Origin: a bacterium
Lineage (GTDB): Bacteria > Bacteroidota > Ignavibacteria > UBA10030
Direction: 5' to 3'
Assembly: GCA_043803945.1 (NCBI GenBank)
Contig: JAZDJN010000087.1
Coordinates: 96,001-160,000 of the forward strand
DNA length: 64,000 nt
The notes beneath the pieces are model-generated. The model ran no database searches and was not told where the DNA came from. It was given only the letters and a program-made list of their open reading frames with translations. Shown here one piece after another: positions 1-10,174 of this stretch (positions are counted from its first letter, which is position 1; each line of letters starts with the position of its first letter). The position numbers and the translations under genes were made by a program.

Positions 1-269
1 TCTCTGATGAGCAGTCCGACAACTGTATGTATTGGCTCGGTGAAGCATACTTCGGCAAAAAAAACTATTCAGAAGCGATGAAACATTTTGAGAGTGTCTT
101 GACACTGAAGAAATCCGAAAAGAAAGGTGATGCTCAATACATGATTGGCCGTTGCCTTGAACACCAGGGCAAAAAAGCCGAAGCAAAAGCGGCGTATGAA
201 AGGGTCGTGAAAGAATATCCGATGAGCGATAATCTTGAACACGCCAAATTACGGTGGGGAAAGCTCTAA
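1..269 (+). CDS. TPR protein, CpoB/YbgF-like C-terminal part (5'-truncated by window edge)
   Basis: TPR motifs YWLGEAYF..NYSEA and DAQYMIGRC..AKAAYERVVKEYP; frame appears open to the window start. Confidence 0.75.
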   Translation, partial: SDEQSDNCMYWLGEAYFGKKNYSEAMKHFESVLTLKKSEKKGDAQYMIGRCLEHQGKKAEAKAAYERVVKEYPMSDNLEHAKLRWGKL

Positions 270-355
270 GAGACGAGAGAAGAAAGAAGTGAGAAGAGAG
301 AAGAGTAAATCTGATTGATTGAACGGCATCATTCCAAAAGAGCGGTTTTAATGAG

Positions 356-397
356 GCTTCTGACAGTTCTTCATTCTGAATGTCAGAAGTTTTTTTA
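356..397 (+). terminator. Rho-independent terminator-like hairpin
   Basis: GCTTCTGACA...TGTCAGAAGT inverted repeat followed by a T tract, downstream of the TPR gene. Confidence 0.55.
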
Positions 398-570
398 TTA
401 GTCCATTGAACAAACCATTGTTCATTAAGAATTGTTCACTCTCAGCCATCTACAACCCCTTCACTCAAAACTTTCACTCCAAGGCATCCTTCTTCATACT
501 TTATACTTCATCCTCATTGAATCTCACCTCCCCCCTCTGTATATTCCTGACGATGAACCATTACTGAAAA

Positions 571-1929
571 ATGTCAAAAGTCCTGACAAAATACGTTTGT
601 CAATCATGCGGTTATGTTTCTCCCCGCTGGGTGGGGAAATGCCCAAACTGCAATGAATGGAATACCTTTGTGGAAGAGGCTCCCTCCCCGTTAAAATTAC
701 GAAAGGCCACCGGTATCCCATCATCTCTGGAGCCCGTGCCGCTCGAAGACATTGACCGGGAGGAAAGCCCGCGTATCATGACGCATATAGCGGAGTTCGA
801 CCGTGTGCTCGGCGGCGGACTCGTACCCGGATCTCTTATCCTGCTCGGCGGTGATCCCGGCATTGGCAAGTCGACATTGATGATGCAGATTGCCCTGCAC
901 TTGAAGGATCAGATTATCCTATACGTGACAGGGGAAGAATCTGTACGGCAGATAAAATTGCGTGCAGAGCGGCTGCATTCTAAGGATGCAAAGAATATCC
1001 TCCTTCTTGCGGAAACAAATCTCGATTTGATTCTCGATGTCATCGAACGGGGAACCCCCGATCTGCTTATCATTGATTCCATTCAAACCATGTATCGGCC
1101 CGGTCTGGAAAGCGCGCCGGGAAGCGTGAGCCAGGTACGGGAATCGACTGCCTTGTTACTGCGCCTGGCAAAGATCCGCGGCATTCCGATCTTCGTGATC
1201 GGCCACGTAACCAAGGAGGGTGTCATTGCAGGGCCGCGCGTGATCGAACATATGGTCGACACCGTGCTCCAATTTGAGGGAGAAGCGCATTACTCGTACC
1301 GTATTCTCCGCGCGCTGAAAAACCGGTACGGTTCGACCAATGAGATCGGAATTTTTGAGATGCATGACAATGGGCTGCGCGAAGTGCAGAATCCTTCCGA
1401 AGTCTTTCTCTCTGAACGGCAGTACGGCACTTCCGGCTCAACAGTTGTAGCAAGCATCGAAGGGACACGCCCGATCCTGATTGAGGTGCAGGCACTCGTC
1501 ACCCCAACCAGTTACGGCATGCCGCAGCGCAATTCCACCGGGCTGGATTACAGGAGATTAGCGCTGCTTCTTGCAGTTCTCGAAAAGCGCGTCGGACTGC
1601 ACCTTGGCAGCATGGATGTTTTTGTCAATATCGCCGGCGGGGTCAAAATCGATGAGCCCGCTGTCGACCTCGGGATTGCAAGTTCCATTACCTCAAGCCT
1701 GCGTGATGTTCCCGTTGACTCGACTTCAGTTGCAGTGGGTGAAATCGGCCTCGGCGGAGAAATTCGCACTGTTGGCAATATTGAGAAGCGCGTACAGGAG
1801 GCGGCGAAACTGGGATTCAAGCGGATCATCCTTCCACGCAACAATCTTAAGAATGTAAAGTCGCAGAATGGCATCGAGATCGTGGCAGTTCAAACCGTCA
1901 ACGAGGCCATAAAGGAATTGATCAGTTGA
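571..1929 (+). CDS. radA: DNA repair protein RadA/Sms
   Basis: N-terminal CxxC-x10-CxxC zinc finger, Walker A GDPGIGKST, KNRYG motif, Lon-like C-terminal domain. Confidence 0.97.
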   Translation: MSKVLTKYVCQSCGYVSPRWVGKCPNCNEWNTFVEEAPSPLKLRKATGIPSSLEPVPLEDIDREESPRIMTHIAEFDRVLGGGLVPGSLILLGGDPGIGKSTLMMQIALHLKDQIILYVTGEESVRQIKLRAERLHSKDAKNILLLAETNLDLILDVIERGTPDLLIIDSIQTMYRPGLESAPGSVSQVRESTALLLRLAKIRGIPIFVIGHVTKEGVIAGPRVIEHMVDTVLQFEGEAHYSYRILRALKNRYGSTNEIGIFEMHDNGLREVQNPSEVFLSERQYGTSGSTVVASIEGTRPILIEVQALVTPTSYGMPQRNSTGLDYRRLALLLAVLEKRVGLHLGSMDVFVNIAGGVKIDEPAVDLGIASSITSSLRDVPVDSTSVAVGEIGLGGEIRTVGNIEKRVQEAAKLGFKRIILPRNNLKNVKSQNGIEIVAVQTVNEAIKELIS

Positions 1930-2417
1930 TGAGTGCAAACGAGAGCAGTAACCATGAACGGTGGATGCGGGAAGCAATTGAACTGTCGCTGAACAATGTC
2001 GAGAGCGGCAACGGCGGCCCTTTCGCTGCCCTTATCGTAAAAGAAGGAGTCGTGCTTGCGCGAGGAATCAATCGTGTAACGTCTTCAAACGATCCCACCG
2101 CCCATGCAGAGATCGTGGCCATTCGGGAGGCATGCCGGATTTTAAATAGTTTTCAGTTACAGGGTTGTGAAATTTATTCTTCATGCGAACCATGCCCGAT
2201 GTGCCTTGGCGCTATCTACTGGACCCGGCCGAAAGCATTGTATTTCGCGGGAACCCGTATCGACGCTGCCCGCGTTGGTTTTGATGACCACCTGATTTAC
2301 CAGGAGCTTACCGTACCGATTCAGGCAAGAACAATTCCCACACAGCAACTGCTCGGGGATGAGGCACAGTCAGCATTTATTGCATGGGAGAGAAAGAGCG
2401 ACAAAGTGCAATATTGA
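1929..2417 (+). CDS. guaD: Nucleoside/guanine deaminase (cytidine deaminase fold, GuaD-like)
   Basis: GGPF, NDPTAHAE and CEPCPMCLGAIYW motifs; GFDD motif typical of GuaD; ATG overlaps the radA stop. Confidence 0.8.
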   Translation: MSANESSNHERWMREAIELSLNNVESGNGGPFAALIVKEGVVLARGINRVTSSNDPTAHAEIVAIREACRILNSFQLQGCEIYSSCEPCPMCLGAIYWTRPKALYFAGTRIDAARVGFDDHLIYQELTVPIQARTIPTQQLLGDEAQSAFIAWERKSDKVQY

Positions 2418-2566
2418 GGAATACGGAAAGACGGGAATGTGGGAATGGGAAATGCGGGGAGTTAGAAGTTAGTAAAGAAGTAAGAAGTAAAAAGTAAGAT
2501 GGAGAAAGTATAAGAGGAGAGCGGTAACGGCAGCACGGGGTTTCGAAAAGAGGAGGAAGTGAAGGA

Positions 2567-2821
2567 ATGCAGATGATTGGATATGTTGGTCTTGTGGCCC
2601 TCGCTCTCTGTTGGATACCGCAGTCGATAGACACAATCAAGCGCGGAGAGTGCCTTGTGAATTTGCCGTTTCTTCTTCTCTCCTCCATTGGAAGTTTTTG
2701 CCTCGCGCTCTATGCGTTCAGCATTCAGGACACGGTTTTTACTATTCTGAATTCTCTCACCACGGTGGGTGCTGTGGTCAACATCTGCTATAAATTCTTT
2801 CCCAGAAAGTCTGCTGCATGA
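2567..2821 (+). CDS. Small PQ-loop / SemiSWEET-like membrane protein
   Basis: 84 aa, three hydrophobic segments, WIPQ motif after TM1. Confidence 0.65.
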   Translation: MQMIGYVGLVALALCWIPQSIDTIKRGECLVNLPFLLLSSIGSFCLALYAFSIQDTVFTILNSLTTVGAVVNICYKFFPRKSAA

Positions 2822-3408
2822 AGACAATCGTTCTTGCCACACGGAACAACAATAAAATTATTGAGATCAAAACGCTGCTCGAGGGACTGCCTCTTGAAAT
2901 TCGTACGCTGAATGATTTCCCTCAGTGCCCTGCACTGATTGAAGATGGGAATACCTTTAAGGAGAATTCTCTGAAGAAGGCAGAACAGGTGTTTCGCTTT
3001 ACCCATCTTCCTACCCTTGCAGATGATTCGGGATTGGAGGTATTCTACCTCAACGGACGGCCAGGGGTCATCTCTGCACGCTACGCCAGAGATCGGGCGA
3101 GCGATCAGGAGAATAACAAAAAATTATTACGTGAGATGAAAGGCGTTGCTCCCCGAAGAAGGCATGCCCAATTCCGCGCGGTGGTAACACTCTTCAGCGA
3201 TGCGATCCATGAGCAGACTCAAGGCATTTGTGAAGGGAGGCTGGGTGAAGTTCCGAACGGTACGAACGGTTTCGGTTATGACCCGCTATTTATCCCAAAA
3301 GGATTTTCACGCACGTACGCTCAACTCACCGCAGAGGAAAAGAATCAGATCAGCCACCGGGCGAAGGCGCTGGAGAAAATGAAAGAAAAACTTCAGAGGC
3401 TCCTGTAG
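2818..3408 (+). CDS. rdgB: Non-canonical purine NTP pyrophosphatase (RdgB/HAM1)
   Basis: ATRN..K, EDGNTFKENS..K, ADDSGL, GFGYDPLF and SHR motifs. Confidence 0.95.
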   Translation: MKTIVLATRNNNKIIEIKTLLEGLPLEIRTLNDFPQCPALIEDGNTFKENSLKKAEQVFRFTHLPTLADDSGLEVFYLNGRPGVISARYARDRASDQENNKKLLREMKGVAPRRRHAQFRAVVTLFSDAIHEQTQGICEGRLGEVPNGTNGFGYDPLFIPKGFSRTYAQLTAEEKNQISHRAKALEKMKEKLQRLL

Positions 3409-3481
3409 AAAAATTAGTTCCTACAAAGAGGATTGGGGCTACTCACGAAGGACGGGACGCCGTCCCGTCCTACAATAATCG

Positions 3482-4687
3482 TTATTTGAGCCTGCCTTCG
3501 ATCGTTGCGAGCAGCAACTCCAGATCGAACGGCTTCTGTAAAAAACTGTCAACGCCCATGCGCATGCCAGCCCGCACGACAAACTGATCGCTTACGCCGC
3601 TCATCAGCAGGAAGGGGATGTCCTGTAAATTGGTATGCTCACGCACTCTCTGATAAAACTCAAGGCCATTCAGCGATCCCTCCGGAAACAACAAATCGGA
3701 GAGAATCAGCGACGGCGGAGATTGTGCGATCACTTCCAGTGCCTGCTCGACCGTCTCGGCGGTTTTTACTTCATAGCCATGTTTTTTTAGCTGCGCTGCA
3801 AGCGTCAGCAGAATCGAGACTTCATCTTCGACGATAAGGATGGTCGCCTTGGTCGCGGCCGTATTCCTTGCCCAGAGAATTCTCGCCTCTGCGCTCATAT
3901 GCTCTTCCATCGAGATGTTGTACTTCTGCCGCATCATCTGAAGAACCTGGGCCTCGTTCTTCGAGATATTGCCATCACGCCAGGCAATCCGCAACGCCTC
4001 AACATAGGCATCGATCTTTACCTGTTTGATCATCTCCTCATGCTGTTCTTGTGTAATGCCGAACAGGTCGCGCACTTTCTGCAATTCCATCGATTCATCC
4101 TGGTTAATCTTGCCATCGAACAACATCTCCTTCAGCATCTCCTGATACAGGGTAAGGCTTGCTCTTCCAATTTCTCTCCCAACGGGTGCCTCCGGTACCG
4201 GCTCCGGCATTGTGGTTGCTTCCTGCGGTGGAGGAACTGCGTTTGCATAGGCAGTTGCAGATTCCGACGGACCGCCTTGCTCCATCAGGACTTCAATGCG
4301 ATCGGAATAGGAGCGCGCAAAATAATTTGTCGGATCGATTGCATACACTTTTGCTATTTCCTGCAGTGCTTTCGGATATTCTCGGGAATCGATAAAGAAC
4401 TCGGCCGTACGCAACGCTTCCGAGATGATCGCATCCCGTTTTTCCTCATCCATCGCCTCCGTTCGCAATTGCTTGACCGCCTGATCCTTGATGCGCTGCA
4501 TCTGTGTGCGGACACGCTCGAGAAACGAGCGCGCATAGTAGTTCTTCGGATCAAGCTTCAGGGCATTATCGATTTCCACAATTGCCTGCTCATAGTTTCC
4601 CTGTTTGGTCAGGCCATCTGCTGTTCGAAGATGTTTGGCTACTTTTTCTTTTAACGGATTGGTTTGAGGCTCAGATTTTCCGAGCAT
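3482..4687 (-). CDS. Response regulator with N-terminal TPRs, central TerB-like helical repeats and C-terminal receiver domain
   Basis: Start reassigned to ATG 4687 (preceded by AGGAG); TPR 'ALKLDPKN'; two 'DG.I...E...L..R..' repeats; receiver ILIVEDE/LILSD/QKPF. Confidence 0.8.
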   Translation of the reverse strand: MLGKSEPQTNPLKEKVAKHLRTADGLTKQGNYEQAIVEIDNALKLDPKNYYARSFLERVRTQMQRIKDQAVKQLRTEAMDEEKRDAIISEALRTAEFFIDSREYPKALQEIAKVYAIDPTNYFARSYSDRIEVLMEQGGPSESATAYANAVPPPQEATTMPEPVPEAPVGREIGRASLTLYQEMLKEMLFDGKINQDESMELQKVRDLFGITQEQHEEMIKQVKIDAYVEALRIAWRDGNISKNEAQVLQMMRQKYNISMEEHMSAEARILWARNTAATKATILIVEDEVSILLTLAAQLKKHGYEVKTAETVEQALEVIAQSPPSLILSDLLFPEGSLNGLEFYQRVREHTNLQDIPFLLMSGVSDQFVVRAGMRMGVDSFLQKPFDLELLLATIEGRLK

Positions 4688-4885
4688 AGATCTCCTGCAC
4701 AATTGGTTCCTAGAGAGGAAGGTCGTTGTCTCTTCCTGATACTGTTGAAAGCTATCGATTTGCCCTCTCAAAATCAAATCGGCTCTCCGGGCTTCTGATC
4801 GAAGATCGCTGCTCTCTTTCTGTGGTTGCTTCTCCTCACTTTTCTCGTATATTCCCATCTCATAACCATCATTGAGGGTGATCTC

Positions 4886-7483
4886 ATGAAACAATTGTTG
4901 CTCTGTCTTGTCCTTCTTCCACTGTTTCTCTTTTCCCAGTCTTCTCTTCAATCCCCCGAACAAGCCTTTGGATTTAAGGTCGGGACCGACCAGAAATTGA
5001 TCGATTGGACGCAAATTCATTCCTACTTTACCGCTGTCGATAAACAGTCCGGCCGGGTGATTGTTCAGGAGCTTGGAAAGACGACCCTGGGTAAACCCTT
5101 TATCATGGCGATCATCTCCTCCGAGGCAACGATTAAGAACCTCGATCACTATCAATCGCTGCAGCGGCAGCTGGCGAAACCGTACTCGCTCTCCGCGGAC
5201 GCTACCGCGAAAATGATTGAAGAAGGCAAATCGGTTGTCCTGGTCACCATGAATATCCATTCCACAGAAATTGCGTCAAGCCAGGAGTCGGTGGAGTTGC
5301 TCTACGAACTTGCGACTTCAACAACTCCAAAGATCAAAAAGATCCTCGACAATGTGATCATCCTGATGATCCCCTCATTAAATCCGGACGGCCAGCAAAT
5401 GGTTGCCGATTGGTACAAACAAACTGTGGGCACTCCGGCCGAAGGCACTGCTCCTCCTCAATTGTATCATCATTATGCTGGCCATGATAATAACCGCGAC
5501 TGGTTTATGTACAACCTCATAGAAAGCCGGCTCACGGCAAAGGTACTGTATCACGACTGGTTTCCAGAAATTGTTTATGATCAGCATCAAATGGGTTCAG
5601 GGGGCGCGCGCCTTTTTCTCCCTCCTTATACCGATCCTGTTAATCCCAATATCCCCCCTGCATTGAGTGCACAAACCAGTCTGCTTGGAAAATTCATGAC
5701 ATCGGCGATGCATGCCGAAGGATATAAAGGAGTACTCAATGGGGTCAGTTTCAATGCTTTTTTTGAAGGCACCATGTCGAAGACACCGTTGTGGCATAAC
5801 CGCATCGGCATCCTCTCCGAAATGGCAAGCGTGAATATTGCATCGCCTATTTTCTTCCCGAAGAGCAGTGTTCGAGTTGGCCAGCGATCGCCGGACACCA
5901 AAATCCAAAACGATTATCTCGCTCCCTGGGAAGGGGGCTGGTGGCGGCTGCGGGACATCATCGAGTACGAGAAAACGGCAACGTATGCATGCCTGGAATT
6001 TGCTGCATCGTTGAAGGAACAGGTAAAGACTACTTTCTATCGACTGAATCGCGAAGCTATCGACAAAGGAAAGAAGGAAGCACCATTCGGATATCTTTTC
6101 CCCATCGACCAGCATGATCCGAATGCCGCAGCGTTACTGATTAACCGCCTTATGATTTCGGGAGTCGATGCACAACAAACAAACGCACCGATAACAATTG
6201 CCGGACGCATAATTCCAAAGGGCTCTTTCTATATCTCTCTTGCGCAGCCTTGCAGGCCGTACATTAAAGATCTCATGGAAGCTCAGCGCTACCCGAATCT
6301 GTATCAATACCCTGGTGGACCACCCGAACGGCCCTATGATGTTACAGCATGGACTATGCCGATGCAGATGGGTGTTGAACTTGTTCCCTTGAAGCAGAAG
6401 ATCGAAATTGCAGCACACACCATCACAACTGCCGTTGTACCGATCCCGGCTCTTTCCGCTGCAAAGGCGTATCTGGTTGAGAGAAGGTTTTTAAACTCTT
6501 ATGGATTTGTCCATGCATTGTTAAAAAATAATATCCCTGTCTTCGAAACATTAGGGGAAGCTTATCATGATGGCCATCGATATCCGATCGGAACATTTTA
6601 TATTCCTTCGGAAAGCAAGGGCCGAGCCTCGCTGGAGAAGTTTGCCCGGGAGCGGGAAGTACCGATGATTCCAATCAACTCTGAGTTGAAAGGAGCCGAA
6701 CCCGGCAAAGAAATGAAACGCGAGATCCGCTGGGCACGCCTTGCTGTTTATCAACCACTAAACGGAAACATGGACGAGGGATGGACCCGCTGCATGCTCG
6801 ATCAATTTAAAATTGCTTATACATCGCTCCGGCCGGATGATTTTAAAAAGAAAGACTTCAAGCTTCACAACGAGTTCGATGTCATTCTCTTCCCGGAAAT
6901 GTCCTCTGCCGCTATTGTCAGTGGAGCCGGCGGTGGCCGCCCTGGTGAGGAAGAACCGGTGCTTGGTACACCTCAACGACCAAAAGAATATGCGGTCGGG
7001 ATCGGGCAGCAGGGTGTTGACATGGTGAAGGAATTTATCTCTTCCGGCGGAACGGTACTAACCCTCGGCAATGCTTCGGAGTTTGCCATCGAACGATTCC
7101 GCCTCCCCATCGTGAACGAACTGAAAAATGTGTCCAGCAAAGAGTTTTTTGCACCGGGCTCAATTTTTGAAACAATGGTGGATCTTTCACATCCATTGAC
7201 GTACGGGATGGAAGAGAAAGCATATATCTATTTTGATGGAAGTCCTGCGTTTCGCATGCGCCCTTATAATAGAGAAAGCTCGGTTGTATTATCGTACGGC
7301 GATTCCAATCCGCTTCGCAGCGGATGGCTGCTGGGAGCTGAGCTGCTGTATGACAAAGTCGCAATGGCCGAGATCCCTGTCGACAAAGGAAGGGTAATCC
7401 TCTATGGCTTCCGCGTCCAACACCGGGCGCAGACGACAGGAACATATAAATTATTGCTGAATGCACTGGTAATATCAAAATAG
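4886..7483 (+). CDS. M14 family zinc metallopeptidase, secreted
   Basis: Signal peptide from ATG 4886; IHSTE, LNPDG, DNNRD and DQHQM motifs; C-terminal glutamine-amidotransferase-like domain. Confidence 0.9.
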   Translation: MKQLLLCLVLLPLFLFSQSSLQSPEQAFGFKVGTDQKLIDWTQIHSYFTAVDKQSGRVIVQELGKTTLGKPFIMAIISSEATIKNLDHYQSLQRQLAKPYSLSADATAKMIEEGKSVVLVTMNIHSTEIASSQESVELLYELATSTTPKIKKILDNVIILMIPSLNPDGQQMVADWYKQTVGTPAEGTAPPQLYHHYAGHDNNRDWFMYNLIESRLTAKVLYHDWFPEIVYDQHQMGSGGARLFLPPYTDPVNPNIPPALSAQTSLLGKFMTSAMHAEGYKGVLNGVSFNAFFEGTMSKTPLWHNRIGILSEMASVNIASPIFFPKSSVRVGQRSPDTKIQNDYLAPWEGGWWRLRDIIEYEKTATYACLEFAASLKEQVKTTFYRLNREAIDKGKKEAPFGYLFPIDQHDPNAAALLINRLMISGVDAQQTNAPITIAGRIIPKGSFYISLAQPCRPYIKDLMEAQRYPNLYQYPGGPPERPYDVTAWTMPMQMGVELVPLKQKIEIAAHTITTAVVPIPALSAAKAYLVERRFLNSYGFVHALLKNNIPVFETLGEAYHDGHRYPIGTFYIPSESKGRASLEKFAREREVPMIPINSELKGAEPGKEMKREIRWARLAVYQPLNGNMDEGWTRCMLDQFKIAYTSLRPDDFKKKDFKLHNEFDVILFPEMSSAAIVSGAGGGRPGEEEPVLGTPQRPKEYAVGIGQQGVDMVKEFISSGGTVLTLGNASEFAIERFRLPIVNELKNVSSKEFFAPGSIFETMVDLSHPLTYGMEEKAYIYFDGSPAFRMRPYNRESSVVLSYGDSNPLRSGWLLGAELLYDKVAMAEIPVDKGRVILYGFRVQHRAQTTGTYKLLLNALVISK

Positions 7484-7634
7484 CAGGAATACGTCGTAGG
7501 GAACGAGAGCGTTTGAGGGTGGGGGAATATGAGAATGTGAGAGTATGAGAATATGAAAGTATGGGAGTATGAAGTGTACGAGAATAGTAGGGTAAGAAAA
7601 TATTTGATGATCGACGGATTGATCGGATGAAGCA

Positions 7635-8432
7635 ATGACGAAGGTTCAATATTCACCTAACACCAGAAATACAGCCAATGCCATCAAGTCTTCCAACAGC
7701 TTCTCTTTAACGGAAGCTGCTATCCAAGAGAGCAGAATAGAGCACTCTCTGCATTCCCTCTTTTTGATTCTTCTTGTTATATCCTCCCCGTCTCAGCTTT
7801 ATCCCTTTCAACTCAATAGGAGTGATACCTCCTCAGCCCTTGTGTGGAGGCTTGCCGATTTACCCTCCATTATAGTAGAGAGGGATTCACTGATCGGGAA
7901 CCCAGCGCAGATTGCTTCTCCTTTTGGCACTGCATTGCAATTTAATGGAGCTGGAGATGCAATTTTTCTTGATTGTAATCCTCTCAAGAACCTCTATCAA
8001 TTTACCATCGAAGTAATTTTTCAACCCGATAGCGGCGGAAAATCAGAGCAACGGTTTTTACACATTGGAGAAGTACGGGGTAAAAGAGTCTTGCTCGAAA
8101 CGCGACTGATCGATAACCGATGGTGTTTGGATGCATATGTTAAGTCTGGCGATTCTTTATGTACGCTCATTGATCGGAACCTACTTCACCCAACGGATCG
8201 ATGGTATCATGTTGCCTTGACTGTGGACAATGGCAGAATGACGACCTACATCAACGGCCGGAAAGAGTTAGAAGGAACAGTTCCATTTCAACCATTGACA
8301 TCGGGAAGGACCTCGATCGGGGTCCGGCAAAACCGGGTTGACTGGTTCAAGGGGGCGATCTACCTTATCAAGATCTCACCGACGGTAGTGACCCCTGATC
8401 GATTTATCAAACAACGAAATGAAAGAAAGTAA
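7635..8432 (+). CDS. LamG/concanavalin-like jelly-roll domain protein (start uncertain)
   Basis: ALQFNG..D, FTIEV, WYHVALT.D..M..YING and FKG.I motifs. Confidence 0.75.
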   Translation: MTKVQYSPNTRNTANAIKSSNSFSLTEAAIQESRIEHSLHSLFLILLVISSPSQLYPFQLNRSDTSSALVWRLADLPSIIVERDSLIGNPAQIASPFGTALQFNGAGDAIFLDCNPLKNLYQFTIEVIFQPDSGGKSEQRFLHIGEVRGKRVLLETRLIDNRWCLDAYVKSGDSLCTLIDRNLLHPTDRWYHVALTVDNGRMTTYINGRKELEGTVPFQPLTSGRTSIGVRQNRVDWFKGAIYLIKISPTVVTPDRFIKQRNERK

Positions 8433-8613
8433 TAAGACATTTTCCTAACCACCGATGGCACACCCGCCTGCGTGCCTTCGACGGGCAGGCAGATGATCAC
8501 CGAAAAAGAATGATTGACCTCTGGTATTAGAAAATAGCACCTGTGGTAATCGGTGTGTTATCGGTGGTGGATTAAGTGAGCGTTACAATTCTAGTTAGTA
8601 CGGGATAATTTCC

Positions 8614-10167
8614 ATGAACACTCTAAATTCCTCAGCACAGAAGCAATGGTTAGCAAGCCCGATTGTCGTGATCACCGGCTTTGCTCTTATTAAATTGATT
8701 CTGCACTTATTGACGAATGCCTTCGATACGTACGGCTACTTCCGGGATGAACTCTATTATGTTGTTTGCTCTGATAACCTCGCTCCGGGATACGTGGATC
8801 AGCCGCCGCTCTCCCTCTTCTTTCTCGCCGCAAACAGAATGCTGTTTGGCGATTCTCTCTTTGCCCTTCGATTGCTGCCGGCGTTTCTGGGAACACTCAC
8901 AGTGTTTCTCACCGGCCTGATGGCAAAGGAGCTTGGCGGCAAATTGTATGCCCTCTCGCTCGCCTGCCTCGCGTCAATCTTTTCACTTTCATTTCTTGCA
9001 TCGTGCTCCTATTACTCAATGAACAGCTTCGACCTCCTGTGCTGGTCCTTTACATCATACCTGCTTCTTAAGCTGATAAACACAGAGAAGAGTGTGTATT
9101 GGTTCCCTATCGGTATCACGCTTGGTTTTGGTCTTTTGAACAAGACTGGTGTGCTCTGGCTTGGATTTGGAATCTTCGCCGGTTTGATATTCACTCGTGA
9201 GCGCCGATGGCTCAAGACATCCTGGCCATGGGGAGCCGGATGCCTCGCGTTGCTGCTCTTTCTTCCTTATATCATCTGGAACTTCCAGCACGATTTTGCA
9301 CATCTGGAATTTATTCGCAACGCAACTGCGGGAAAATATTCATCTCAGAATGCCATGACGTTTCTCTCCGGCCAGATGCTCCAGCAAAATCCTGTCCTCT
9401 TTCCTCTCTGGCTTCTCGGACTTTGGTACCTCATGATGAAAGCAGATAAAAAATATCGGCTACTGTCGATCGTCTTCTGCTCTGCTGCAGCCATTCTCCT
9501 CATCAATGGACACAGCAAAGCCGAATATCTTTCTCCTGCCTACGCAGTACTCTTTGCCGCCGGAGCGGTTTTTCTCGAACAATTGTTTTCCTCTAAACGA
9601 ACGTTGTGGCTGCGCTATGCATTTGTTCTTCTCATTCTCCTCTCTGCAATGCTCTTTCCTGTCGTGCTGGCGGTCTTGCCCGTGGAATCATTTATTGCCT
9701 ATTCTGAACGCCTGGGTATCACCCCTTCATCAGCGGAAGGAAAAAGGCTTGAGAGCCTCCCGCAATTTTATGCCGACCGGTTTGGGTGGAAAGAAAAAGC
9801 GAAAGCGGTTGCCGATGTGTACCACGCGCTCTCACCGGAAGACCAGGCGAAGTGCGCCATTGTTGCCGATAATTACGGCCGCTGTGCAGCAATCGATTTC
9901 TTCGGGAAACAGTACAACATTCCAAAAACCATCGGAACGCACAACAACTATTGGATTTGGGGGCCGAGAAATTATACGGGAGAAATCCTAATTGTACTGG
10001 GTGGTGATCTTGAAGATAAACAGCAGAGCTTTCAGACTGTAGAAGTCGCCGGCACGGTAACAACACCGTATTGCATGCCCTACGAAAACAACCTGAGGAT
10101 CTATGTATGCCGGGGATTGAAAGGCAACATCGACGAGGCGTGGAGCAGAAAAAAGCACTACATTTGA
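8614..10167 (+). CDS. GT-C / glycosyltransferase family 39 (ArnT/PMT-like) membrane protein
   Basis: YGYFRDELYY, GYVDQPPL and GLLNK motifs; many TM helices. Confidence 0.88.
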   Translation: MNTLNSSAQKQWLASPIVVITGFALIKLILHLLTNAFDTYGYFRDELYYVVCSDNLAPGYVDQPPLSLFFLAANRMLFGDSLFALRLLPAFLGTLTVFLTGLMAKELGGKLYALSLACLASIFSLSFLASCSYYSMNSFDLLCWSFTSYLLLKLINTEKSVYWFPIGITLGFGLLNKTGVLWLGFGIFAGLIFTRERRWLKTSWPWGAGCLALLLFLPYIIWNFQHDFAHLEFIRNATAGKYSSQNAMTFLSGQMLQQNPVLFPLWLLGLWYLMMKADKKYRLLSIVFCSAAAILLINGHSKAEYLSPAYAVLFAAGAVFLEQLFSSKRTLWLRYAFVLLILLSAMLFPVVLAVLPVESFIAYSERLGITPSSAEGKRLESLPQFYADRFGWKEKAKAVADVYHALSPEDQAKCAIVADNYGRCAAIDFFGKQYNIPKTIGTHNNYWIWGPRNYTGEILIVLGGDLEDKQQSFQTVEVAGTVTTPYCMPYENNLRIYVCRGLKGNIDEAWSRKKHYI

Positions 10168-10174
10168 ATCGTCT

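Noticed and set aside
2418-2566. Purine-rich low-complexity intergenic tracts (also ~270-310, 7500-7600, 15680-15790) and the ORFs antisense to them
   Set aside because: Simple GAGTATGAGAAT/AGAAG-like degenerate repeats; the overlapping ORFs have no protein-like features.
4688-5260. N-terminal 191 aa of the 592-aa minus-strand ORF
   Set aside because: Antisense overlap with the M14 peptidase; a better start with an AGGAG SD exists at 4687.
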